Source: Azolla caroliniana
Taxonomy: Eukaryota > Plantae > Polypodiophyta
Direction: 5' to 3'
Assembly: GCA_043228905.1 (NCBI GenBank)
Contig: JBHGNT010000012.1
Coordinates: 20,894,001 to 20,958,000, forward strand
Length of the DNA: 64,000 nt
Position numbers and translations under genes: made by a program. This document shows, one piece after another, positions 51,001 through 61,600 of the stretch (position 1 is the first letter of the stretch; the number at the start of each line of letters is the position of its first letter). The notes under the pieces were generated by a model. The model saw only the letters and a list, made by a program, of their open reading frames with translations. It had not been told where the DNA came from and did no database searches.

Positions 51001-53622
51001 GTGGCGATGACCTTCTTTTCGTAAGTGTCTAAAAGTGTCTTCCACAATTGGAAGGCAGTCGAGCACGATTGCACTGTGAAAAACACAGACTCTAATAGGT
51101 GCATTTGAATGATGGCTCGGACGATTTTGTCGAGCTTTTCCCATTCAAGTGGCTTGTATCCTTCTCGAGGGTCTTCACTCCCAATAGGGTCAATTTGCCC
51201 CTTGACTATTAAATAGTCCTGCATCTGCTCCTTCCAGAAGTTGAAGTTCGATCCGTCGAACTTCCTTAGACTCATCTCTAACGAGCCAGATGTTGATGTC
51301 ATTTGTGTTGGTTTAATAAACTTTGTCTGGAGTCGGCTACGAACTGTGGTGGAGTGCAGCAGCTAGGCTCACTCGATGTCGTTCTAGCTGGAGTTGGGCA
51401 AAAGTCGTGTCAGTTTCGAATATCGATTTTCCGAGATTTCCCAACACGAATTATGTGTGATTCTCCAGGCCGATCCTATTTCGGATAATTGCACCGATGA
51501 GTGGGACGGTCCTCTCGAAAGTCGTTCAGCCGAATGAAACAGAGATTGGGGTTGTCCCTGGAGTCGTGTTTGCTTCGAGTGGTTACGACGAGTGATTTCC
51601 GCCTAACCGAGTGAGGCACGGGTGTGGCTTCAAGAATGATTTCGAATAGTGGAGTGCAGACCTTCAATTGTCTCTCTTCGTCAAATGTAATTTCAAGAGT
51701 AGTTGCCAATCTAGATCTTCAAGGTGTACAGGAGAAGAGTTGTTGATGGAGGTTAGATAGTGTTGGGAACTCGACGTTCTTTATGTCCGACGCTCGGCCA
51801 CAACCGAGATTCTTTTCACACACAGAAAACAGGTAATGAAACGCGACACAAAAGAGGAGAAATGGTACACAGGAGGTATACGTGGAAAACCCCAAAATAG
51901 GGGAAAAAACCACGGCAGCCCACAAGCTGCAAACTGTCACTATGCAGAAATATACAACAGTGAGATCACTGAGGCAACGACCTCGTGCTCTCAGATCTTC
52001 GCCACAGGCGGCGGTTACAACAGAGGCTTTGACCTCGTCTCTCTCTCTCTCTCTCTGTACAGTTACGCGCTTTGATTTCTTCTTGCACCAACAACGAAGA
52101 ATAATCACAAAACGACAACACTACACAAAAAGGTTTGCCCTAAGTCATATTTATACTAATATGACTCTTCGGCTATTTACAAATGTAGCCTCGATGGGCT
52201 CTATCCGACTCTCTGCAGTCGAGTACTCCTCATCCGATTCATACCGGGCCTACACCATCCGACTCTCTGCAGTCGAGTACTCCTCATCCGGTTCATACCG
52301 GGCCTACACCATCCGACTCTCCGAAGTCGGGTACTCCTGATCCGGTTCATACCGTTTCGGCCTCGGCCTATCGGCCTCAGCCGAGTTTGTTCGTCGGCAC
52401 TGTTCTTCTACCTTCCCATCCGGAGGGACCCGTCTACCAACAGATAGATGGTGGCAGCAGAATAAAACAAAACCAGGCTCTGATACCATATGTTGGCAGT
52501 GCCATCATCTAATGCGAAAGAAGATCAACAGTCCTCTAGTGGAAGATCTTGAGTAGATACAAGATCACAATGGATTGATTGCAACATAGACAGAAAAACA
52601 CAAACACAACTAGTGGGTTAGATAGAGAGAAACAATTAGGCACAAGTCGGAATATATTGCAATAGCCACAAGGAACAACAACTGTATAACTAGGTTACAA
52701 AGTCAATTCATATATTCACTAACTTAGGGCAATTGCACTTCTCACTATTTACATAAGTAGCCTAAGACTATTGTGTACAAAGGAGACAATGTGAATACGT
52801 GCATAGAAGCCCGTTGTCGTGAAGATTTCTGGCTATGGTGAGAAAACCAAGAGGGACAAATAAAATAGGGATGTGCAACATTGCACATGCACATGCACTT
52901 GTAAATTTCTGTAATAAGAATAAGTAAATAAATGTAATGGGAAGGGTAATAATCTAAGGTGCTAAAGGTGCACCATGAAGTTCATAGAGGCATAAATGTG
53001 ATGTGCACTTTGTAGAATAAAATGAGTAGTGGGCATTGAGAGTGAATGTGATAGGAGAGAGAGAGAGTTAAGGCCCACCAATTTAAGATCAAGGGAGATA
53101 TTCCCCATTAAATGGAAGGGGATTTGACTCCCTCTTGTAATGTGCTCACCCCTTACTACTATAAAAGGGAGTGAGGGGTCACTTGTGAAGGGGTTGCCTA
53201 TTTTGAGTGAGAGAGGTATACCACTTAGGTTGAGGGTTTCTTTTTGAGGTTTTAGGGTTTCGTCTAGGGTTTTACTATTCTTCTTCTTCTTCATACCATT
53301 TCGGGTTTAGGGTTTTGCTTAGGGTTGCTTCTTCATCATCTTCTTTACTTTACTTATCCAGTTAGGGTTTTCTTGTAATCATTTTGGTGCGGCCTATGCG
53401 GTCTTGGTTGTAATCATTCGCATAATCTTAATTTAACTTGTTGTGTATCTTGCCTCCATCTATTCTATTCTATGTTTATGTGTTATTCTTCCTCTTCTCC
53501 TCTTGAGCTAAGCTTCCATTTTGTGTCTTATTCCTTCTCCTCTACTCCCTAGTCCAAGACCCCCATGGTTCCACCTCGGATCCTACACGTACTCGCAGAA
53601 TACCACGACACTGTATTCAATA
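45083..53622 (-). mobile_element. Full-length but decayed Ty1/copia LTR retrotransposon with internal duplication and nested solo LTR
   Basis: LTRs 45083-45415 and 52491-53622 (TGTTG..CAACA/CAATA), with TSD GTAAG on both sides. tRNA-iMet PBS (ggctctgatacca) at ~52476-52488. Gag 51302-50643, protease WFLDSGAS, integrase HSDVCGP, RT KARLVAKGF, RNaseH YTDSDFAG. Confidence 0.95.
52815..53610 (+). mobile_element. Solo LTR inserted in the 5' LTR of the copia element
   Basis: Termini TGTCGTG..CACGACA with a 4-bp TSD ccgt/ctgt. The sister LTR reads agaagcccgtattcaaca uninterrupted. Confidence 0.85.
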
Positions 53623-55702
53623 GTAAGGAGGTAATACTTTGAATGGTAGATAATGGGGAGGGCTCTACCATGTATTGATGTGTATATTGTCTCGTTTGGC
53701 AAAGAATGTGGTATTGCAATTAGATGCAACATATGTAGTATAATATGTGAAACATAAGCGTCCATGTTTTTCCCACATCATAATAAATTGGTATTGTGAA
53801 GAGGCCTCATTCACAAAGGAATAAACAGATACATCAGGAAGTAAGTGTGTTGCATCCATCTTCGAATACAACCCATTTTTCCATATATTATATCCAACTA
53901 GAACACAAAAATGTGCTCCTATGTGTTATTAGTGGGATAGTAAGAACAAAGTGTGAAAAGGACCGCGAAGACAAAGGTGAAAGGGACAGGTAGGACCACA
54001 AAAAGCCGAAATACAGAGAGCCGAATATCAGGAGGAAGTAGTTGGAACGCGCCGACCGAGTAAGCTATATATATCAAGAAGTGGCGATCACATCGGAGAC
54101 AAAAGATACTGAATAGGAGTCCCTGGAGCAGTCTAAGTCTAGATCTACATTAGAACAAAAGTGAGTGAGTGAGCGTTACCGATTTTCCTTAGTACTGTAC
54201 TACATTGTAGTGTATGCAATTATAATCGAATACATCTATACTTTATGGGTCATCTATGTGTCTGTCTCAATTTTTTATCTATCTAGTAACTACTAATCAG
54301 TTGTAGCTGATTCTCAGAGTGTCAATCTCAACTGTCGGAAATTATCCGACCACCACTCGGACCACTAGTCTCTTACGCACCACAATTCCTTGACCCGATT
54401 ACTCGAGACGGTAATCAAAGGTGCTCTCCATGAGGGAGTAACATTATGTGTTTCTTGGATCTTTCATCCTACTTCCCATGTAATTATAGGAAGTTGATGT
54501 GATGAGTTTTTTTAAACTATAAACATGTACTTAACAATGCCTCCCATGGACATTATCTAATCTCAAGAAGTAGGAGGGCGTATGACATTTGTTTTTTGAC
54601 TTGGAGAAATGTCGGAGGGAAATGTTTTCGGGCATTTTCAAACTCTTTCCAATTGAACTCAACGATGTTACCACCCTATAATTCAACTCCATAGAGAAGC
54701 AAGATGTAACCAAAGTGTCGAAAATATATTTCTTGAGGACCCAACACTTTATCTATTATTGCATAGTTACTCAAATGCAAAATATGCTCTCTTTCTTGCC
54801 CCTAAGTGGTGGATAGCACATTCATTCTATAAGCTTTCCACATCTTTTTTTCTTTTTTCTTTTTTTTTTTTTATTTAAAGGAAGATGCACCTTAGTATAT
54901 TACTTGAAAAGTCTACATAGGAAAAACAGAAGGAGACATTTTATCTCACTTCTTTTTGTAAGATACAAAAGCTAGTACATCTGATGATACAGATGATGTC
55001 ATATATGAACAAGTAGAACAATACTTACAATACTTGCCATCGGTTCTTAAAGGCCACTCGTCGTTGCCACAAAACATCATTTGAACCCTACAAATCATCA
55101 TATTGCCCATGTAGTGTGTGAACAAACAACATCCAAAATTCAATAAGCATAGTGTTGAGTTGTACATGGGCATTGTTAAAAACAGAATCACATCTCACTT
55201 TCCATATTATCCAAAGAGCCAATGACGTAATTGTACGCCAAATAACCAGATTTTTAATTCTGAACCATGGAATAGAAGAAGGAAACGAGGTGAGAGAAAG
55301 GTGTCCATAAGAAAAATGAAAAACATGAGAAGCATGCATACTTTCATACCTCATAACCTCTCCATGAAGGACACCCCACCATACTGCACCCCAAGAGAAT
55401 ATTGATCGAGAGTAGTGTTGTCTCAACAATAAAAACAACTTACCCCAAAATTTCTTGATCTTGGGACATAACCAAAACACATGCAAAATCGATTCAGTAG
55501 GTTCGCCACAATGCAATCCACAAGCATATTGTTGATGTTGTCTCAACCAATCACCAACAGGAAGAGCATAATGAATCAACAACCATCGAAAGCAAATGAC
55601 TTTTTTCGGCAATTGCATGCTCCACAACCATTTCCAAAATTTTGCAAGTTGTAATTATTACACATTATTCTCAAACCAGTGCTTCATGGTAGTAGGACAT
55701 TT

Positions 55703-58498
55703 TGTCACAAACACATCAACCCTAGACTATGACGGAGCAAGAATGACAAGGCTACGACGAATAAGGTTACGAACGTGGAACTAAACGTGATGAGGCTAGA
55801 AACTCGGGAAGTTGGGAGCAACGAAATGAGGAACTTAAGACGGTAGGAAAAATATAAGAGCATAAAGACAAAGATGTAAATCAAGGAGAGAAGATGAGGC
55901 TAAACAAGAATACTAGATTGACGTGTCAGTGATTGGTGTTGAATCCCTGGAAAGGGACCCAGAATGTTACAAGTATTTATACTCTAAGTTGAAGTACATG
56001 CATTAGAATATTTTGAAGAATATTCTAGAACCTTCTAGAACCTTGGAACTTTCTAGAACTTTGTAGATGTCTAGAGAGTATACCTAGATCATGTACATCT
56101 TATACAATGATATGTAGATCAAATATGTCTCATACAATGCTCATATGAAGATGGTTGAGCATGGTGTATTGTTCATATGAGGTTGTAAGTTCAATCCTCC
56201 CCAACTATATATTTTATGTCATTGTATTGTGACATTATCCTCCCCTTTACGGCCGCCTTTTCGAAAGTGTAGTGTAGGAGTGAGTGAAGAGTGGAACACC
56301 AACCGGCATGAGCGACCATGTGCGGTTTTCACCGGAGATTGGAACACCAACGGACGTGAGTGACCATGTGCGGTTCTCACTCGAGACTAGAACACCAACG
56401 GGTGTGAGCGACCGTGTGCGGTCCTCACCGAAGACACAAACACCAACGGATGTGAGCGACCATATACGGTCCTCACCGGGAACACGAACACCAACGTGCA
56501 TGAGAGACCATGTACGATCCTCATCGGCAATGGTTGTGAGCGACCATGTGCAGTCCTCACGAGAGACACGAACACCATGGGGCGTGAGCGACCATGTGTG
56601 GTCCTCACCAGAGACACAAACACCAACGGGCATGAGTGACCATGTGCGGTCCTCACCGTGAACTAAAACACCAACGGATGTGAGCGACCATGTACGGTCC
56701 TCACGGGGAACTGGAACACCAACGGGCGTGAGCGACCATGTGCAATCCTCACGAGGAACTAGAACACCAACGGGCGTGAGCGACCATGTGCGGTCCTCAC
56801 TGGAGACACGAACACCAACGAACATGAGTGACCATGTGCGGTCCTCACCGGGCACTGGAACACCAACGAGCACGAGAGACCATGTACAGTCCTTACTAGG
56901 AACGCGAACACCAACGGATGTGAGAGACCACGTGTGGTCCTCACTAGAGACATGAACACCAACGGGCGTGAGCGACTATGTGCAGTCCTCACCGGAGACA
57001 CGAACATCAATGGTTGTGAGAGACCATGTGTGGTCGTCACCTGAGACACAAACACCAACGGGCGTGAGCCACCATGTGCAGTCCTCACCGGTAATTGGAA
57101 CACCAACATGCGTGAGCGACCATGTGTGGTTCTCACTGGGTACTGGAACACCAACGGGCATGAGCGACCCTGTACGGTCCTCATCGAAGACACGAACACC
57201 AACGGACGTGAGCAACCATGTGCGGTCCTCATTAGAGACATGAACACCAACGGGCGTGAGCGACCCTGTATGGTCCTCACCGGGAAACGGGACACCAATG
57301 GGTGTGGGCGACCATGTGCGGTCCTCACCGTGAATTCGAACACTTGATGTCGATGAAAGCTAGGGAAAGTAGTGTTGATGACAACACCAAGAGTTGTTGA
57401 AGATGATGATGTCGAAGACGAAGCAATGAAGACAATGATGTTGAGGAAGCGTCTCTGGAAGCAGTGACTGTGACTATTGCAATGATGGAAATAGAGACGT
57501 AGATGAAGTTAGGAGAAGAAACACACAATTTGAGACGTTGAGGATAAAAAGAAACACAAACACAAAGATATAGAGGATGATAGAAAACATAGTGACAGGG
57601 ACGAAGATCATAAGAAACACATAGATAGGGATGATGATGATAAGAAACACATAGATAGAGATGAAACCGGTAGGAAACACAAGGAGAAGGATGACAATGA
57701 CAAAAAATGCAAAGATAGGGATGATGATGATAAGTAATACGGAGATAGATATGTGAAGGATGAGAAGAAACTAAACAACAAAGACGATGATGAGGAGAAA
57801 CTAAAAGACAGAGACAACGATGAGAAGGAACTAGGAGATAGAGATGGCGAGGAAGATAGGAAACGAAGGGATGTTGATGACGGTAACTTTGGAAGCAAGG
57901 ACGATGATGATGGTAACTCTAGAAACAAGGGCGATGACGAAGATGGGCGATGCTTCTAGTTGGACGGGATTCAAACTGTCATGGACACACCAACCCTAGA
58001 CTACGACGGAGCACGAATGACGATGATACGATCGATAAGGTTACGAACGTGAAACTAAACGTGATGAGGCTAGAAACTCGGGAAGTTGGGAGCAACGAAA
58101 CGAGGAACTTAAGACGCTAGGAACAATACAAGAGCATAAAGACAAACATGTAAATCAAGGAGAGAAGATGAGGCTAAACAAGAATACTAGATTGACGTGT
58201 CAGTGATTGGTGTTGAATCCCTTGAATGGGACCCAGAACGTTACAAGTATTTATACTCTAAGTTGAAGTACATGCATTAGAATATTTTGAAGAATATTCT
58301 AGAACCTTGGAACTTTCTAGAACTTTGTAGATGTCTAGAGAGTATACCTAGATCATGTACATCTTATATAATGATATGTAGATCAACTATGTCTCATACA
58401 ATGCTCGTATGAAGATGGTTGAGCATGGTATATTGTTCATGTGAGGTTGTAAGTTCAATCCTCACCAACTATAGATTTTATGTCATTGTATTGTGACG
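55703..58498 (-). mobile_element. Non-autonomous LTR retroelement (TRIM/LARD-like) with no gag/pol and a putative self-priming site
   Basis: LTRs 55703-56234 and 57977-58498 (TGTCA..TGACA/TGACG) with TSD CATTT. Polypurine tract (ttatcctcccct on +) at 56235. The interior is only a 48-bp tandem array and GA-rich low-complexity sequence. Confidence 0.9.
56290..57335. repeat. 48-bp tandem repeat array (~22 diverged units)
   Basis: Unit gaacaccaacgggcgtgagcgaccatgtgcggtcctcaccggagacac, which gives 16-aa periodicity in the overlapping ORFs. Confidence 0.95.
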
Positions 58499-58696
58499 CA
58501 TTTATACTTTGATTGCAACAATAAATTTCTACCTACCTTAACCGAATATTGGAAAAACTCCAAATGTTTACCATTTCCACCATAACTTGGTTTTTTCCAT
58601 TGATAATCAGACGGATCCCAATCTAAATTTTGAAGAGGTTTTTTTTGGGAAACCCACAATGAGCAATACAACAAGAATTCTTGAAAGGGTGGATCT

Positions 58697-61600
58697 TGTG
58701 AACGATTGCTTGCGGAAGCGTTAGAGAAGCAGAGAAAACAGAAAATATGCAAAGAGTACGGGCGAAACAGAGAGAGCAGAACGTAAAAGTTATATTCAAA
58801 ATAATAGTAAACACTCTGTACATACTCTGTGCTCAGTAGCACTATTTATACAAGTCCTACGCGGACTGATAGAAGTATTGTGTACTTCAATGCTCACACG
58901 AGCATCTGCCACTAACTCTGAGACTATAACTACCTAGTAATCTAACTTATTACTAGGCTTCCGGTTACTGCTGGATCCGGCTAACCGGCTCTCTGCTCAC
59001 CGACTCTGTAGCTTGCCGGCTCGGTTGCTCACCGGCATACCGATCTGTCTCACTTACCGGCTCAGGCTTTTCAGCCGATCCAGCTCTACTTGAGCTTGCC
59101 GCTCAACACTCCCCCTTAAGCTCAACTCGAGGTCGGGTTGTAGTGTCATTCTCTGTGGCGGCCGGTTCTTTCAACCGACTTCTCCTGGCGTCGCTCCGCC
59201 TTGCTCGCGCTCCTCGTTCGGCCCGGTCCCATTTGCCGCGACCCCTCTGGTTCTGCGCACCTCAACCTTCTCGGTCGGCATGTCTGCTCATCAGGCCCAT
59301 CTCAGCTCCTTCGCTGCTATGACTCCGACGCTTGCCGATCCGTCGGTTCCTCCGCGATGGCATTGACTTCCGTTGCGTCCGTGTCTCCTTGGCCTTTGGT
59401 TGATCCGACTCATCCGAATCCAACTCTTGATGTGAATCGGCTGTCTCCGACTCGTTCCAGGTCTTGTCCAAATCGGTATCCTCCGATTCGACTTCCGGCA
59501 TTAGGCCTTTCACCACATCGAACCACGTCCGGGTTTTGGCCTTCTCTGTGCTTCCTTCGGCTTCTTCAGCCGGTTCACCAAAATCAAATTCTTCATTTGA
59601 CTCCGCATCATGGTCATTACCGTCGTGATGACCTCCGCACAACATGCACTTCTCTTCCTGAGTGCACACTTCTTCTTCCTTATGGTTGGCTCGGTCCTTC
59701 TTGACTCTGCCACCACAGCCGCTTGCTCCGATTTGTTCGGATGTGTCGACTTCCTTCGTCGGCTCGGCTTCTTTCTTCTTCTTGTCTCCCCTTCTTCCGG
59801 TTCTTCTCTTACCGACGGGTTCAACAATTTCTTTGCCTTTGCCCGTTTCGGTAGTGTCTTTGCCCTTGCTTCTCCCCCTCAAGTGCGGCACGTCGAGATG
59901 CTGAACACCAAGCATGTCGATAAAGTGCTGCAACTTGTCAGATCTGAGCGGCTTGGTGAAGATGTCGGCAACTTGCCAATCCGTGTGAACATACCGAAGT
60001 TCAACTTCACCGCTCAAGACCCACTCACGCACAAAATGATAATGCACTTCTATGTGCTTCGTGCGATCATGGAACACAGGGTTCTTGGCGAGCTGCATGC
60101 TGCTGATGTTATCACAATAAATCGGGATCGGGGTCAGTACCTCGATCCGCAAGTCTCGCCGAAGCCAAATGGCTTTGCAGGTAGCCACGGTCACGCCCCG
60201 GTACTCAGCCTCAGTACTAGACAAAGCCACTGTTGGTTGCTTTTTGCTGCTCCACGCAACATCCGCACTCTCAAGAGAAAACATAAATCCAGAAGTCGAT
60301 CGGCGATCTGACGCATCACCGACCCAGTCGGCATCCGTGTAGCCGACCAACTCTTCAGTTATACTTCATTGGTATAACAGTCCTCGGTCCTTCGTGCCGC
60401 TTACATATCGCAATATTCATTGCGCGCACTGAAGGTGCTCCACAATCAGCTTCTGCATGAATTGGCTTATCACTCCGACCGGATAGTTGATGTCGGGTCG
60501 GGTGATGGTCAAATATATAAGGCTTCCAATGATTTGTCAGAACCGTTTCTCATTGCAGGCCGGTCCGGAGTTGGGACGGAGCTTCTGGTTCCTATCCAAG
60601 GGTGTGGAGACATGTCGGCATTCTGTCATGCCGAACTTGTACAGCATATTCAACACGTAATGCCGTTGTGAGAGCAATATGCCGTCGGGGGTGTGGATCA
60701 CCTCGATCTCGAGGAAGTAATGAAGGTCCCCCATGTCCTTCATCTCAAATGCGTCCGACAACTCAGACTTGACCCGGTCGATTTCAGAAAGGCCCGGTCC
60801 GGTGATGACTAAATCATCAACATACATCAGTATACATACCGGACCATCTGAGCCTTTCCAGATGAACAATGAAGAGTCTGACTTGGAGGCCGTGAATCCC
60901 ATCTTACACAACCGGTGTGTGATTTTTGCATTCCAAGATCGGGGGGGCTTGCTTCAAGCCATAAAGTGACTTCTTCAGTCGACATACTGCCGACTTGTTC
61001 ATCTCTTATTGGAAACCAAGGGGTTGGATCATATAGACTCGTTCTTCAAGATCTCCTTGAAGGAAGGCATTCTTCACATCCATCTGGTGAAGATGCCACC
61101 CCCTTGCCGCAGCAACCGCCAACACCACACGAACCGTCGTCATCTTCGCGACAGGAGCAAAGGTCTCGTCGTAATCAATTCTGTGGGTCTGCGCGTACCC
61201 CTTCGCCACTAACAGGGCCTTGTACCGGTTCACTGAACCGTCGGTGTTGTACTTTACCTTGTATACCCACTTGCATCCGATCGGTTTGCAATGACGGGGA
61301 GGGTCAACCAGGTCCCATGTCTCGTTGGCATCCAGTGCCTGCATTTCTTCCTCCATAGCGGCACACCAATTTGCGTCCTTTGCCACTTCTGCGTAGCTCT
61401 CTGGCTCACGCACTTCCGCCACCTTAGTCATGTACGCATAGTGATGCGTCATGTACTCATTGTACCTGTACTACTTGACGGGATCCTTCTAGCGGGTGGA
61501 CCGGCGTAATTCACCGTTGCCCGTATTGAGGCCCTTCTTGGCCGGTCCGGACTTCGTTGCCGAAGATCTGCCTTCCTCCTTGCCGGAGTTGGATGCACAC

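Larger units (their letters stand above)
54845..58696 (-). mobile_element. L1-type LINE 3' portion, interrupted by two LTR insertions
   Basis: Poly(A) tail (T-run 54845-54872). zf-RVT ORF 55088-55627 (W...P.K..F.WL.. CGLHCGEPTESILHVFWLC..WIIWK.R). It continues at 58499-58696 (LDWDPSDYQW..FFQYSVKVGR). Confidence 0.8.

Noticed and set aside
56290-57335. CRISPR-like array or repeat protein gene
   Set aside because: The units are contiguous and diverged, with no unique spacers and no cas genes. The array lies inside an LTR element, and ORFs in many frames are a by-product of the 48-bp period.
57340-57959. Ser-rich or Asp/Lys-rich ORFs as a gag remnant
   Set aside because: This is GA-rich low-complexity sequence with no capsid or zinc-knuckle motif.
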